Shown piece after piece: positions 45,251 through 56,914 of a DNA stretch of 64,000 nucleotides. The notes below the pieces were generated by a model that was not told where the DNA came from, searched no databases, and was given only the letters and a program-made list of their open reading frames with translations. Where the stretch lies: assembly GCF_016026235.1 (NCBI RefSeq), contig NZ_CP065613.1; one strand, written 5' to 3'. The first letter of the stretch is position 1, and each line of letters begins with the position of its first letter. A program made the translations under genes and the position numbers. The DNA comes from Escherichia coli (GTDB taxonomy: Bacteria > Pseudomonadota > Gammaproteobacteria > Enterobacterales > Enterobacteriaceae).

Positions 45251-46720
45251 ATGAATACAACAACACCCATGGGGATGCTGCAGCAACCTCGCCCATTTTT
45301 CATGATCTTTTTTGTCGAGTTATGGGAGCGATTCGGCTACTACGGCGTGCAGGGCGTACTGGCGGTTTTCTTCGTTAAACAGCTTGGATTCTCGCAAGAG
45401 CAGGCTTTTGTCACTTTTGGTGCTTTTGCTGCGCTGGTCTATGGCCTCATTTCCATTGGCGGCTATGTCGGCGACCACCTGCTGGGGACCAAACGCACCA
45501 TTGTTCTCGGAGCACTTGTGCTGGCGATTGGCTACTTCATGACCGGCCTGTCGCTACTTAAGCCTGACCTGATTTTCATCGCCCTGGGGACTATCGCTGT
45601 CGGTAACGGCCTGTTTAAAGCTAACCCAGCCAGCTTGCTTTCGAAGTGCTATCCGCCGAAAGATCCGCGGCTTGATGGCGCATTCACCCTGTTCTATATG
45701 TCGATCAATATCGGCTCGTTGATAGCGTTATCGCTGGCCCCTGTGATCGCTGATAGATTCGGTTATTCTGTCACCTACAACCTGTGCGGGGCGGGGTTAA
45801 TTATCGCATTACTGGTTTACATCGCCTGTCGTGGAATGGTGAAAGACATTGGTTCTGAACCCGACTTCCGGCCGATGAGCTTCAGCAAACTGTTGTACGT
45901 GTTACTTGGCAGCGTGGTGATGATCTTCGTCTGTGCATGGCTGATGCACAACGTAGAAGTCGCCAATCTGGTGCTGATTGTTCTCTCCATCGTCGTCACC
46001 ATCATCTTCTTTCGTCAGGCATTCAAGCTGGATAAAACTGGGCGCAATAAAATGTTTGTTGCCTTTGTCCTGATGCTCGAAGCGGTGGTGTTTTACATTC
46101 TCTACGCCCAGATGCCAACGTCGCTGAACTTCTTTGCCATCAACAACGTGCATCATGAAATTCTCGGCTTTTCCATCAACCCGGTCAGCTTCCAGGCGCT
46201 TAACCCGTTCTGGGTGGTACTCGCCAGCCCAATACTGGCAGGCATTTACACGCATCTGGGTAACAAAGGCAAAGACCTCTCGATGCCGATGAAATTTACT
46301 CTCGGCATGTTTATGTGCTCACTGGGCTTTTTGACGGCGGCAGCTGCGGGAATGTGGTTTGCTGATGCACAAGGGCTGACATCGCCATGGTTTATCGTGC
46401 TGGTGTACTTATTCCAGAGCCTGGGTGAACTGTTTATTAGCGCCCTTGGCCTGGCGATGATTGCTGCTCTGGTGCCGCAGCATTTGATGGGCTTTATTCT
46501 CGGGATGTGGTTCCTGACGCAGGCTGCCGCGTTCTTGCTGGGCGGCTATGTGGCAACATTTACCGCGGTGCCGGACAACATTACCGATCCGCTTGAGACG
46601 TTGCCCGTCTATACCAACGTGTTTGGTAAGATTGGTCTGGTCACGCTGGGCGTTGCAGTAGTGATGCTGTTGATGGTGCCGTGGCTGAAACGCATGATTG
46701 CGACGCCGGAAAGCCATTAA
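45251..46720 (+). CDS. dtpB: Proton-dependent di/tripeptide permease DtpB (POT family)
   Basis: 489 aa; POT signature [26 protein letters not shown]. Confidence 0.93.
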   Translation: MNTTTPMGMLQQPRPFFMIFFVELWERFGYYGVQGVLAVFFVKQLGFSQEQAFVTFGAFAALVYGLISIGGYVGDHLLGTKRTIVLGALVLAIGYFMTGLSLLKPDLIFIALGTIAVGNGLFKANPASLLSKCYPPKDPRLDGAFTLFYMSINIGSLIALSLAPVIADRFGYSVTYNLCGAGLIIALLVYIACRGMVKDIGSEPDFRPMSFSKLLYVLLGSVVMIFVCAWLMHNVEVANLVLIVLSIVVTIIFFRQAFKLDKTGRNKMFVAFVLMLEAVVFYILYAQMPTSLNFFAINNVHHEILGFSINPVSFQALNPFWVVLASPILAGIYTHLGNKGKDLSMPMKFTLGMFMCSLGFLTAAAAGMWFADAQGLTSPWFIVLVYLFQSLGELFISALGLAMIAALVPQHLMGFILGMWFLTQAAAFLLGGYVATFTAVPDNITDPLETLPVYTNVFGKIGLVTLGVAVVMLLMVPWLKRMIATPESH

Positions 46721-46733
46721 TTATTCTTGCAGA

Positions 46734-46770
46734 AAGCAGGGTAGCGTTATCGCTACCCTGCTTTACTTTT
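46734..46770. terminator. Bidirectional terminator hairpin between dtpB and rsmJ
   Basis: AAGCAGGGTAGCGttatCGCTACCCTGCTT followed by tactttt. Confidence 0.7.
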
Positions 46771-47521
46771 ACACTGGCGTACCTGCATAGATATCAAAGC
46801 GATGCCCTTTAGTCACAACCGCGTTTGGCGTGGCGACATTCGCTAGCGGTGGCGCGTAGTCCGGGCGCTTTACCACCACGCGTTTAGTCGCCAGCAGCCG
46901 CGCAGGCTCCAGCAACCCATCCGCGTCGAGATCCGGCCCCACCAGCGACTGAAAGACACGCATCTCTTTTTTCACCAGCGCGCTTTTCTGCTTATGCGGG
47001 AACATCGGATCGAGATAGACCACCTGCGGGCGTGGGGTAATATCGGTTAGCGCCGTCAGGCTGGAGGCGTGAATTAACTGCAACCGCTCCTGCAACCAGC
47101 CGCCGATTTCCCCATCCGCATAACCACGCGCCAGGCCGTCGTCGAGCAATGCGGCAACGACTGGATTACGCTCCAGCATCCGCACGCGGCAGCCGACTGA
47201 AGCCAGCACAAAGGCATCGCGCCCCAGCCCTGCGGTGGCATCCACCACATCCGGCAAATAATCGCCTTTAATGCCCACCGCTTTCGCCACCGCCTCACCG
47301 CGACCACCGCCGAATTTGCGTCGGTGCGCCATCGCTCCGCCAACAAAATCAACAAAGATGCCGCCAAGTTTTGGCTCATCACGCTTGCGCAATTCCAGAT
47401 GTTCCGGCGTTAACACCAGCGCCATCAGGTTGTCTTCATCGTGCTCCAGCCCCCAGCGGGCCGCCAGAACAGATAAGGCACCGTCTCCGGTGCCTGTTTC
47501 ATCAATTAAGCAGATTTTCAC
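46769..47521 (-). CDS. rsmJ: 16S rRNA m2G1516 methyltransferase RsmJ
   Basis: ORF 46769..47626; start placed at GTG 47521 ((V/M)[28 protein letters not shown]...), 250 aa. Confidence 0.85.
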   Translation of the reverse strand: MKICLIDETGTGDGALSVLAARWGLEHDEDNLMALVLTPEHLELRKRDEPKLGGIFVDFVGGAMAHRRKFGGGRGEAVAKAVGIKGDYLPDVVDATAGLGRDAFVLASVGCRVRMLERNPVVAALLDDGLARGYADGEIGGWLQERLQLIHASSLTALTDITPRPQVVYLDPMFPHKQKSALVKKEMRVFQSLVGPDLDADGLLEPARLLATKRVVVKRPDYAPPLANVATPNAVVTKGHRFDIYAGTPV

Positions 47522-47528
47522 TGAATGA

Positions 47529-49571
47529 TCAGCCCTTAATGCCGTAATGCTCCAGCATCGCATCCAGTTGCGGTTCACGACCACGGAAGCGTTTGAACAG
47601 AGCCATCGGCTCTTCTGAACCGCCACGGCTCAGAATGTTGTCGAGGAACGACTGCCCGGTTTCACGGTTGAAAATGCCCTCTTCCTCAAAGCGCGAGAAA
47701 GCATCTGCCGCCAGTACGTCAGCCCACAGGTAGCTGTAGTAACCTGCGGCATAACCACCGGCGAAAATATGGCTGAAAGCGTGCGGGAAACGGCCCCAGG
47801 ATGGAGAGGGTACTACGGCAACCAGTTTCTTGATTTCTGCCAGAGTTTCGAGGATTTTCGCTCCCTGATCCGGGCGGAACTCGGCATGGAGGCGGAAATC
47901 GAACAGGCCGAACTCCAGCTGGCGCAGAATAAACAGCGCCGCCTGGTAGTTCTTCGCCGCCAGCATTTTATCCAGCAGCTCCTTCGGCAGCGGTTCGCCG
48001 GTTTCATAGTGACCGGAGATAAACGCCAGCGCCTCAGGCTCCCAGCACCAGTTTTCCATAAACTGGCTCGGCAGTTCGACCGCATCCCACGGCACCCCGC
48101 TGATACCAGACACACCAGCGGTTTCGATGCGGGTCAGCATATGGTGCAGACCATGACCGAACTCGTGGAACAGGGTGATCACTTCGTCATGGGTAAACAG
48201 CGCCGGTTTACCATTCACCGGGCGGTTGAAGTTACAGGTCAGATACGCGACCGGTTTTTGCAGCGAACCGTCGGCTTTACGCATCTGGCCTACGCAGTCA
48301 TCCATCCACGCCCCGCCGCGCTTGTTTTCACGGGCATACAGGTCGAGGTAGAAGCTACCACGCAGTTCGTTGTTCTCGTCATACAGTTCGAAGAAACGTA
48401 CATCCGGATGCCAGACATCAACATCTTTACGCTCTTTAGCGGTGATGCCGTAAATACGTTTCACCACTTCAAACAGGCCGTTAACCGCTTTGTTTTCCGG
48501 GAAGTACGGACGCAGCTGTTCGTCACTGATGCTGTAGAGGTGCTGTTTTTGTTTTTCGCTGTAGTACGCGATATCCCACGGCTGCAACTCATCCACGCCA
48601 AATTCGGCTTTAGCGAAGGCGCGCAGTTGTGCCAGCTCTTTTTCGCCTTGCGGACGCGCGCGTTTTGCCAGATCGGTTAAGAAATCCAGCACCTGCTGCG
48701 GGTTTTCTGCCATTTTAGTGGCAAGTGATTTGAAGGCGTAGTTTTCAAAGCCCAGCAGTTGCGCCAGTTCGTGACGCAGCGCGAGGATCTCTTCCATCAC
48801 CTTGCTGTTGTCCCACTTACCGGCGTTCGGGCCTTGATCGGAGGCGCGGGTGCTGTAAGCGCGATACATCTCTTCACGCAGAGCCTGGTTGTCGCAGTCG
48901 GTCATTACCGGCAGGTAGCTTGGGATATCCAGCGTCAGCAAATAACCTTCCAGCTCTTTCGCTTCGGCCTGGGCTTTTGCCGCAGCCAGCGCGCTTTCTG
49001 GCATCCCCGCCAGCTCCGCTTCGTCGGTCACGAGTTTGGTCCAGCCCATCGTCGCATCGAGAACGTTGTTGCTGTACTGATTGCCCAGTTCAGAAAGACG
49101 GGTAGCAATTTCGCCGTAACGCTGCTGTTTCTCTTTCGGCAGACCGATGCCAGAGAGTTCAAAGTCGCGCAGTGCGTTATCAACCGCTTTTTTCTGAGCT
49201 GTGTTCAGCGTGGCGTAATGATCGCCATCGCGCAGGTCGCGATACGCTTTATACAGCCCTTCATGTTGCCCTACCCAGGTGCTGTATTCCGACAGCAGCG
49301 GCAGGGTTTGTTCGTACGCTTCACGCAGTTCCGGGCTATTTTTCACCGAGTTCAGGTGGCTGACCGGGGAGAAAATACGCCCCAGCACATCGTCCACTTC
49401 CGCCAACGGCTGGCAGAGATTTTCCCAGGTGTACGGTGCCCCTTGCGCTACTACGCGCTCCACATTTTCGCGGCAGTCGTTCAGCGCCTTAGTCACGGCT
49501 GGAACGACATGTTCCGGGAGAATTTTAGAAAACGGAGGCAATTCAAAGGGAGTCAGTAACGGATTCGTCAT
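47529..49571 (-). CDS. prlC: Oligopeptidase A (M3 family zinc metallopeptidase)
   Basis: ORF to 49610; start placed at ATG 49571 ([17 protein letters not shown]...), 680 aa; HEFGH zinc motif. Confidence 0.93.
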   Translation of the reverse strand: MTNPLLTPFELPPFSKILPEHVVPAVTKALNDCRENVERVVAQGAPYTWENLCQPLAEVDDVLGRIFSPVSHLNSVKNSPELREAYEQTLPLLSEYSTWVGQHEGLYKAYRDLRDGDHYATLNTAQKKAVDNALRDFELSGIGLPKEKQQRYGEIATRLSELGNQYSNNVLDATMGWTKLVTDEAELAGMPESALAAAKAQAEAKELEGYLLTLDIPSYLPVMTDCDNQALREEMYRAYSTRASDQGPNAGKWDNSKVMEEILALRHELAQLLGFENYAFKSLATKMAENPQQVLDFLTDLAKRARPQGEKELAQLRAFAKAEFGVDELQPWDIAYYSEKQKQHLYSISDEQLRPYFPENKAVNGLFEVVKRIYGITAKERKDVDVWHPDVRFFELYDENNELRGSFYLDLYARENKRGGAWMDDCVGQMRKADGSLQKPVAYLTCNFNRPVNGKPALFTHDEVITLFHEFGHGLHHMLTRIETAGVSGISGVPWDAVELPSQFMENWCWEPEALAFISGHYETGEPLPKELLDKMLAAKNYQAALFILRQLEFGLFDFRLHAEFRPDQGAKILETLAEIKKLVAVVPSPSWGRFPHAFSHIFAGGYAAGYYSYLWADVLAADAFSRFEEEGIFNRETGQSFLDNILSRGGSEEPMALFKRFRGREPQLDAMLEHYGIKG

Positions 49572-49773
49572 TAGCGCAGTCCTGGTTAAAGAGGTTAAGG
49601 AAGCGCTCAACAGGCGCTTTACATAATGTGTGTAGCATGGGGTTAAGTGTAGTGAATTTCAATGAGAAACGTTACGCTTTCGCGGCGGCGGCCTCTTTTC
49701 GGTATACTGTCCTGATAGGCTTTTGTGCGCCCCGAATACGGGCCGATTTTTACTTACCGGAACACCTTTACCC

Positions 49774-50616
49774 ATGCTCAGTTATCGCCACAGCTTTCAC
49801 GCTGGCAACCACGCCGACGTCCTTAAACATACCGTTCAGAGCCTGATCATCGAGTCGCTGAAAGAGAAAGATAAACCGTTTCTCTATCTCGACACCCACG
49901 CAGGGGCCGGGCGTTATCAGTTAGGCAGCGAACATGCCGAGCGTACCGGCGAATATCTCGAAGGTATCGCCCGTATCTGGCAGCAGGACGATTTGCCTGC
50001 GGAGCTGGAGGCGTACATCAATGTGGTAAAACACTTTAACCGTAGCGGTCAGTTGCGTTACTACCCCGGTTCACCGTTGATTGCCCGTCAGTTACTGCGT
50101 GAACAGGACAGCCTGCAACTGACCGAACTGCACCCGAGCGATTACCCGTTGCTACGTTCTGAATTTCAGAAAGACAGCCGTGCGCGCGTCGAAAAATCCG
50201 ACGGTTTCCAGCAGCTTAAGGCCAAACTGCCGCCGGTTTCTCGCCGTGGTTTAATCCTTATCGATCCGCCGTATGAAATGAAAACCGACTATCAGGCGGT
50301 AGTCAGCGGGATAGCAGAAGGTTACAAACGTTTTGCCACGGGCACTTACGCATTGTGGTATCCGGTGGTGCTGCGTCAGCAAATCAAGCGCATGATCCAC
50401 GACCTGGAAGCGACCGGTATTCGCAAAATTCTGCAAATTGAACTGGCGGTACTGCCAGACAGCGATCGCCGTGGCATGACCGCTTCCGGCATGATTGTGA
50501 TTAACCCGCCGTGGAAACTGGAACAGCAGATGAATAACGTGCTGCCGTGGCTGCACAGCAAACTGGTTCCAGCTGGCACCGGGCACGCCACCGTAAGCTG
50601 GATCGTGCCAGAGTAA
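49774..50616 (+). CDS. rlmJ: 23S rRNA m6A2030 methyltransferase RlmJ
   Basis: ORF 49723..50616; start placed at ATG 49774 (MLSYRHSFHAGNHADVLKH...), 280 aa; DPPY motif. Confidence 0.9.
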   Translation: MLSYRHSFHAGNHADVLKHTVQSLIIESLKEKDKPFLYLDTHAGAGRYQLGSEHAERTGEYLEGIARIWQQDDLPAELEAYINVVKHFNRSGQLRYYPGSPLIARQLLREQDSLQLTELHPSDYPLLRSEFQKDSRARVEKSDGFQQLKAKLPPVSRRGLILIDPPYEMKTDYQAVVSGIAEGYKRFATGTYALWYPVVLRQQIKRMIHDLEATGIRKILQIELAVLPDSDRRGMTASGMIVINPPWKLEQQMNNVLPWLHSKLVPAGTGHATVSWIVPE

Positions 50617-50687
50617 TTGCAGCCATTGCTGGCACCTATTACGTCTCGCGCTACAATCGCGGTAATCAACGATAAGGACACTCTGTC

Positions 50688-52040
50688 ATGACTAAACACT
50701 ATGATTACATCGCCATCGGCGGCGGCAGCGGCGGTATCGCCTCCATCAACCGCGCGGCTATGTACGGCCAGAAATGCGCACTGATTGAAGCCAAAGAGCT
50801 GGGCGGCACCTGCGTAAATGTTGGCTGTGTGCCGAAAAAAGTGATGTGGCACGCGGCGCAAATCCGTGAAGCGATCCATATGTACGGCCCGGATTATGGT
50901 TTTGATACCACTATCAATAAATTCAACTGGGAAACGTTGATCGCCAGCCGTACCGCCTATATCGACCGTATTCATACTTCCTATGAAAACGTGCTCGGTA
51001 AAAATAACGTTGATGTAATCAAAGGCTTTGCCCGCTTCGTTGATGCCAAAACGCTGGAGGTAAACGGCGAAACCATCACGGCCGATCATATTCTGATCGC
51101 CACAGGCGGTCGTCCGAGCCACCCGGATATTCCGGGCGTGGAATACGGTATTGATTCTGATGGCTTCTTCGCCCTTCCTGCTTTGCCAGAGCGCGTGGCG
51201 GTTGTTGGCGCGGGTTACATCGCCGTTGAACTGGCGGGCGTGATTAACGGCCTCGGCGCGAAAACGCATCTGTTTGTGCGTAAACATGCGCCGCTGCGCA
51301 GCTTCGACCCGATGATCTCTGAAACGCTGGTTGAAGTGATGAACGCCGAAGGCCCGCAGTTGCACACCAACGCCATCCCGAAAGCGGTAGTGAAAAATGC
51401 CGATGGTAGCCTGACGCTGGAGCTGGAAGATGGTCGCAGTGAAACGGTGGATTGCCTGATTTGGGCGATTGGTCGCGAGCCTGCCAATGACAACATCAAC
51501 CTGGAAGCAGCTGGCGTTAAAACTAACGAAAAAGGCTATATCGTCGTCGATAAATATCAAAACACCAACATTGAAGGTATTTACGCGGTGGGCGATAACA
51601 CGGGTGCAGTAGAACTGACACCGGTGGCAGTTGCAGCGGGTCGCCGCCTCTCTGAACGCCTATTTAATAACAAGCCGGATGAGCATCTGGATTACAGCAA
51701 CATTCCGACCGTGGTCTTCAGCCATCCGCCGATTGGTACTGTTGGTTTAACGGAACCGCAGGCGCGCGAGCAGTACGGCGACGATCAGGTGAAAGTGTAT
51801 AAATCCTCTTTCACCGCGATGTATACCGCCGTCACCACTCACCGCCAGCCGTGCCGCATGAAGCTGGTATGCGTTGGACCGGAAGAGAAGATTGTCGGTA
51901 TTCACGGCATTGGCTTTGGTATGGACGAAATGTTGCAGGGCTTCGCGGTGGCACTGAAGATGGGCGCAACCAAAAAAGACTTCGACAACACGGTTGCCAT
52001 TCACCCAACGGCGGCAGAAGAGTTCGTGACAATGCGTTAA
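50688..52040 (+). CDS. gor: Glutathione reductase
   Basis: 450 aa [51 protein letters not shown]...; redox-active CxxxxC, FAD and NADPH GxGxxG/A. Confidence 0.97.
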   Translation: MTKHYDYIAIGGGSGGIASINRAAMYGQKCALIEAKELGGTCVNVGCVPKKVMWHAAQIREAIHMYGPDYGFDTTINKFNWETLIASRTAYIDRIHTSYENVLGKNNVDVIKGFARFVDAKTLEVNGETITADHILIATGGRPSHPDIPGVEYGIDSDGFFALPALPERVAVVGAGYIAVELAGVINGLGAKTHLFVRKHAPLRSFDPMISETLVEVMNAEGPQLHTNAIPKAVVKNADGSLTLELEDGRSETVDCLIWAIGREPANDNINLEAAGVKTNEKGYIVVDKYQNTNIEGIYAVGDNTGAVELTPVAVAAGRRLSERLFNNKPDEHLDYSNIPTVVFSHPPIGTVGLTEPQAREQYGDDQVKVYKSSFTAMYTAVTTHRQPCRMKLVCVGPEEKIVGIHGIGFGMDEMLQGFAVALKMGATKKDFDNTVAIHPTAAEEFVTMR

Positions 52041-52046
52041 ATGTTA

Positions 52047-52077
52047 AAGGGCAAAGAGTGGTGTGCTCTTTGCCCTT
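52047..52077. terminator. Bidirectional terminator hairpin between convergent gor and dinQ
   Basis: AAGGGCAAAGAG-tggtgtg-CTCTTTGCCCTT (12-bp perfect stem). Confidence 0.7.
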
Positions 52078-52093
52078 AATTACGTTTCCGCTA

Positions 52094-52177
52094 TCAGTTC
52101 AGAAGCTGAAGCAGAAAGCGGATCAGTTCCAGCAGCGCAATTAACGCCCCAAGAACGATGATTGCTTTATCAATCAC
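52094..52177 (-). CDS. dinQ: Type I toxin DinQ (27-aa single-TM peptide), not in the ORF track because <60 aa
   Basis: Reverse strand GTG ATT GAT AAA GCA ... CTG AAC TGA translates (V/M)IDKAIIVLGALIALLELIRFLLQLLN*; GGAG Shine-Dalgarno 7 nt upstream. Confidence 0.8.
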   Translation of the reverse strand: MIDKAIIVLGALIALLELIRFLLQLLN

Positions 52178-52368
52178 CCGTGTTCTCCATACGATGGAGT
52201 GAGAATGCATCCGCTTACTCATCCATTGCCTGTCACGGCGCATGCCCTATTGTTAGATAATGGCATTCTCACTCCGGCCAGAGCATCAGTTAACGGCACC
52301 ACCCGTACCACTGATCAGGACTTTGAAAGCGTTTATGCGCATTGCCAGAGTGAAAATGCCTCAGAGCC

Positions 52369-52388
52369 AACTGGATAATCATACAGTA
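52369..52388 (-). promoter_or_regulatory. LexA (SOS) box overlapping a minus-strand -10 (TATACT), consistent with the dinQ promoter
   Basis: aaCTGgataatcataCAGta (CTG-N10-CAG); reverse-strand TATACT at 52385..52390; predicted transcript about 330 nt to the terminator at 52047..52077. Confidence 0.6.
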
Positions 52389-52439
52389 TATTCAGGTTAT
52401 AAAACCAGCATGTCCTTGCAATAGTTTCAGTATGGTATT

Positions 52440-52533
52440 AGCATTGATGCGTTAGATGATGGCATTCTCACTCCAGCCAGAGCCACCAACTCAGGTCTGG
52501 AAAGTAAAAAACCGACGCAAAGTCGGTTTTTTT
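52440..52533 (+). ncRNA. agrB: Agr-like antisense sRNA (AgrB-type antitoxin RNA of dinQ) with intrinsic terminator; 5' end approximate
   Basis: Contains atggcattctcactccagccagagc, near-identical in direct orientation to 52259..52285 inside the predicted dinQ transcript (hence antisense to dinQ mRNA); ends aaaaaaCCGACgcaaaGTCGGttttttt. Confidence 0.55.
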
Positions 52534-52684
52534 ACGTCCTGATTCAGACCTCCTTTCAAATGAATGCCCAACGCTTAATTCACACCTATACCTTTCTCTA
52601 CACTTACATATTCGTTAAGTCATATATGTTTTTGACTTGTCCGCTTCAAAGAGAGACACTACCTGCAACAATCAGGAGCGCAAT

Positions 52685-53038
52685 ATGTCATTTCTGTTAC
52701 CCATCCAATTGTTCAAAATTCTTGCTGATGAAACCCGTCTGGGCATCGTTTTACTGCTCAGCGAACTGGGAGAGTTATGCGTCTGCGATCTCTGCACTGC
52801 CCTCGCTCAGTCGCAGCCCAAGATATCCCGCCATCTGGCGCTACTTCGTGAAAGCGGGCTATTGCTGGACCGCAAGCAGGGAAAGTGGGTTCATTACCGC
52901 TTATCGCCGCATATTCCAGCATGGGCGGCGAAAATTATTGATGAGGCCTGGCGATGTGAACAGGAAAAGGTTCAGGCGATTGTCCGCAACCTGGCCCGAC
53001 AAAACTGTTCCGCAGACAGTAAGAACATTTGTAGTTAA
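52685..53038 (+). CDS. arsR: Arsenical resistance operon repressor ArsR
   Basis: ORF 52637..53038; start placed at ATG 52685 after CAGGAG RBS (MSFLLPIQLFKILADETRLGIVLLLSELGELCVCDLC...), 117 aa; metal-binding ELCVCDL. Confidence 0.93.
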   Translation: MSFLLPIQLFKILADETRLGIVLLLSELGELCVCDLCTALAQSQPKISRHLALLRESGLLLDRKQGKWVHYRLSPHIPAWAAKIIDEAWRCEQEKVQAIVRNLARQNCSADSKNICS

Positions 53039-53092
53039 AAAATTTAGCTAAACACATATGGATTTTCAGATGTGTTTTATCCGGGAGGCATT

Positions 53093-54382
53093 ATGTTACT
53101 GGCAGGCGCTATCTTTGTCCTGACCATTGTATTGGTTATCTGGCAGCCGAAAGGTTTAGGCATCGGCTGGAGTGCAACGCTCGGCGCGGTACTGGCGTTA
53201 GTTACGGGCGTAGTACATCCGGGCGATATTCCGGTGGTGTGGAATATCGTCTGGAACGCGACGGCTGCGTTTATTGCCGTCATTATCATCAGCCTGCTGC
53301 TGGATGAGTCCGGCTTTTTTGAATGGGCAGCGCTGCACGTTTCACGCTGGGGCAATGGACGCGGTCGCTTGCTGTTTACCTGGATTGTCCTGCTCGGTGC
53401 CGCCGTTGCGGCCCTGTTTGCCAATGATGGCGCGGCGCTTATTTTGACGCCGATTGTCATCGCCATGCTGCTGGCTTTAGGATTCAGTAAAGGCACGACG
53501 CTTGCGTTCGTGATGGCGGCCGGATTCATTGCCGATACCGCCAGCCTGCCGCTTATTGTCTCCAACCTGGTGAATATCGTTTCCGCTGATTTCTTTGGTC
53601 TTGGCTTTCGCGAATATGCCTCGGTGATGGTGCCGGTGGATATCGCCGCAATTGTTGCCACGCTGGTGATGCTGCATCTCTATTTCCGCAAAGATATTCC
53701 GCAGAACTACGACATGGCGCTGCTGAAATCTCCCGCAGAAGCGATCAAAGATCCTGCTACGTTCAAAACTGGCTGGGTTGTTTTACTGCTTCTGTTGGTG
53801 GGATTTTTCGTCCTGGAACCGCTCGGCATTCCGGTGAGCGCCATTGCAGCTGTGGGCGCGCTGATTTTGTTTGTCGTCGCTAAACGCGGTCATGCGATTA
53901 ATACGGGTAAAGTCCTGCGCGGTGCACCCTGGCAGATTGTCATCTTCTCGCTCGGCATGTATCTGGTGGTTTATGGCCTGCGCAATGCCGGATTAACGGA
54001 ATATCTTTCTGGCGTACTCAACGTGCTGGCGGATAACGGCCTGTGGGCCGCGACGCTCGGCACCGGATTCCTCACCGCCTTCCTCTCTTCTATTATGAAC
54101 AATATGCCGACGGTACTGGTTGGCGCGTTGTCCATTGATGGCAGCACGGCATCTGGCGTTATCAAAGAAGCGATGGTTTATGCCAACGTGATTGGCTGCG
54201 ATTTGGGGCCGAAAATCACCCCGATTGGTAGCCTGGCAACGCTGCTCTGGCTGCACGTACTTTCGCAGAAGAATATGACTATCAGCTGGGGATATTACTT
54301 CCGTACAGGGATTATCATGACCCTGCCTGTGCTGTTTGTGACGCTGGCTGCGCTGGCGCTACGTCTCTCTTTCACTTTGTAA
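53093..54382 (+). CDS. arsB: Arsenite efflux permease ArsB
   Basis: ORF 53072..54382; start placed at ATG 53093 after GGGAGG RBS ([27 protein letters not shown]...), 429 aa. Confidence 0.93.
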
Positions 54383-54394
54383 TGAGATACTGAT

Positions 54395-54820
54395 ATGAGC
54401 AACATTACCATTTATCACAACCCGGCCTGTGGCACGTCGCGTAATACGCTGGAGATGATCCGCAACAGCGGTACAGAACCGACCATTATCTATTATCTGG
54501 AAACCCCACCGACGCGCGATCAACTGGTCAAACTTATTGCCGATATGGGGATTACCGTACGCGCGCTGCTGCGTAAAAACGTCGAGCCGTATGAGGAACT
54601 GGGCCTTGCAGAAGATAAATTTACTGACGATCGGTTAATTGATTTTATGCTGCAACATCCTATCCTGATTAACCGTCCGATTGTGGTGACGCCGCTGGGA
54701 ACTCGCCTATGCCGCCCCTCGGAAGTGGTGCTGGAAATTCTGCCAGATGCGCAAAAAGGCGCGTTCTCCAAGGAAGATGGCGAGAAAGTGGTTGATGAAG
54801 CGGGTAAGCGGTTGAAATAA
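54395..54820 (+). CDS. arsC: Arsenate reductase ArsC (glutaredoxin-coupled)
   Basis: 141 aa MSNITIYHNPACGTSRNTLEMIRNSGTEPTIIYYLETPPTRD...; catalytic Cys-12 motif. Confidence 0.95.
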   Translation: MSNITIYHNPACGTSRNTLEMIRNSGTEPTIIYYLETPPTRDQLVKLIADMGITVRALLRKNVEPYEELGLAEDKFTDDRLIDFMLQHPILINRPIVVTPLGTRLCRPSEVVLEILPDAQKGAFSKEDGEKVVDEAGKRLK

Positions 54821-54867
54821 AGCGGCGATATCCACTGCCGATAGTTGGTAAAGTGCGCTTTGTTTAT

Positions 54868-54968
54868 GTCGGATGCGACGCTAACGCGTCTTATCCGATC
54901 TACAAAGTCATGAAAATTCAATAAATTGTATGTTATTTGTAGGCCTGACAGGCGTAGCGCATCAGGCG
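54868..54968. repeat. REP/BIME repeats downstream of arsC
   Basis: gtcggatgcgacgctaacgcgtcttatccgatctaca ... tgtaggcctgacaggcgtagcgcatcaggcg. Confidence 0.7.
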
Positions 54969-55444
54969 ATTTTGCTATTTACACATTACTCCCTGCGTGA
55001 GATTCCAATTATCGCGTCCAGCATGGTGTATCAGTGAGCTGCTTAGTTATCAGCGATACAGTGCAGCAGTTTAAAGACGTACTGGATTATGATTTATCAG
55101 TGCTTTACACAACAAATTATTCAATAATTATAAGATACCTTAACCCATTTTATTATTACACATCTAAAACATCACAAAAATATCATTTCACACACTATCG
55201 GAGAACATCATAACTTTTTAAAATGAGCGCTTTTTGATAGTTGTTAACGTTTTCCTTTACGATACTATCAATGCCCTTTTTTATACACAAATATTACCGG
55301 GTGGAGATAAAAGGGAAGTCAAAGGTAATTATATCAGGAAGATATGACGCATGATATTTATTGTGCGTAGAAGAAAATCCATTCCTGCTCTAATTATCCA
55401 ATTTAAAAATCTTAGCATAAAACAGATGATGAATAAGGAATGTT

Positions 55445-56668
55445 ATGTCAATTGACTTTACCCCAGGTATGATAAATACATATCACGGCGATATTTATAA
55501 CCGCACAACAGATACCGACAATGTTAAAACACCAGACACACCGATGTGGCCTTGTGATAATCGGGAAGAACAACAACCCATTAATTCCACATTCTCTGGA
55601 GAAGGATACAACCCTGAACAATATGATTTAGCGCGGCAACACCTCCCACAAATTTATGCGTGCCGCACGAACACCAAATATACAGATGCAGACTACTCAA
55701 AAGTTGTGGCTCAACTTGTAAGTCTTATTACTAACATTGAATCGATAAGTTCGACACCACTTACGCGGCAGGCACAGGAAATACTTAATCAAATTAATAA
55801 CATTAGATACGAAAAGAACAAAAGTGCTGAATGTCGAATCATTGTTGTCGCTAATCCTAAACCCGACAAGGCAATCATAACTAAAATTAGCGTAGAAGAG
55901 GGAATACCAGTAAGATTCAGTGTCCAAACCATGTTTTCAGATACTAATTTTATTGCTGAACAACGAGCTGACTTACCGACTAATATAAAAGATATTCAAA
56001 GCCTGTATCAAAAAATGACGAAGTTATATATTGAGCACAGTGAAAATAAAAACAGGATGAAAGTCTTTGCCGGAACCAACTTTATTGATTTCAATATGAC
56101 AGGACAGAACCTGTCCGGGTTCGTTCTAACCTTGTCAAGGTTTTATTTCGAAGATCTACTTAATATAAATTTCACTGACGCAAATTTAGGTGACACTATT
56201 TTTTCACATAAAGAACACCCTACCCCAAAATTATATAAAGACGAACAATATCTTGACAAACAAATCGAAGGTTTATTTTCAACATTATTAACCATTAATG
56301 ACAACTTTTTACGAGCAAAAGCGGAAATTGCTTCGACAATAATTAAATTTTTAGAGGCCAGGATAACCAATCTTTCATACAACGACATATTAAAATATCA
56401 GCAAGAATTCCAAAAACAATGTTATAAGCAAGTTAAAGCCTTTACGACACTCTCCCGATACAATAAAATTCAAACATGGGCAGAAATGTCTGAATATCAA
56501 TTCGAAGTATTTCAATACGAGACGCTTAACCCAAAAAAAATGTCACGCACGCCTTATTTAAAGAGGCCACTTTCTGATGAAAAAGATATAAATTATGGGG
56601 TGAAAATAGAAATACCATCTGGTAAAAGAATTCGCTTATCAAATCATTATCAGAATATAATACCATAA
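55445..56668 (+). CDS. yhiS: YhiS-like protein of unknown function, intact; central pentapeptide-repeat-like stretch
   Basis: 407-aa AT-rich ORF; segment [44 protein letters not shown] shows 5-residue periodicity; position between arsC and slp matches yhiS. Confidence 0.7.
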   Translation: MSIDFTPGMINTYHGDIYNRTTDTDNVKTPDTPMWPCDNREEQQPINSTFSGEGYNPEQYDLARQHLPQIYACRTNTKYTDADYSKVVAQLVSLITNIESISSTPLTRQAQEILNQINNIRYEKNKSAECRIIVVANPKPDKAIITKISVEEGIPVRFSVQTMFSDTNFIAEQRADLPTNIKDIQSLYQKMTKLYIEHSENKNRMKVFAGTNFIDFNMTGQNLSGFVLTLSRFYFEDLLNINFTDANLGDTIFSHKEHPTPKLYKDEQYLDKQIEGLFSTLLTINDNFLRAKAEIASTIIKFLEARITNLSYNDILKYQQEFQKQCYKQVKAFTTLSRYNKIQTWAEMSEYQFEVFQYETLNPKKMSRTPYLKRPLSDEKDINYGVKIEIPSGKRIRLSNHYQNIIP

Positions 56669-56914
56669 TATTGATTATTAGCACTTTATAATCATTGAAT
56701 AAAAATAGATTTTATGTAATTTTAAAACAAAGGGTTATATTATGGGGCGATGGATACTCATGCCACGCCCCAAAATAACGGAATTGAACTAAACAGAAGG
56801 GATATAAACATCAGACAGGTTTACGTTACTATCAGGCATATCGCCTCAGAATCAGATGAAAACTATAAAGAAATATCTATTATGGTTTTAATATTTGTTG
56901 ATAAGGATAGTAAC

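Noticed and set aside
52256-52300. The first atggcattctcactccggccagagc copy as an independent sRNA gene (agrA)
   Set aside because: It has no intrinsic terminator on the top strand and lies downstream of the LexA-box promoter on the minus strand, so I treat it as part of the dinQ 5'UTR rather than a separate sRNA; this needs alignment to K-12 to confirm.
52560-53051. 163-aa plus-strand ORF overlapping arsR in another frame
   Set aside because: The out-of-frame arsR ORF gives a well-recognised ArsR sequence with a good RBS; the longer ORF is a frame-shadow.
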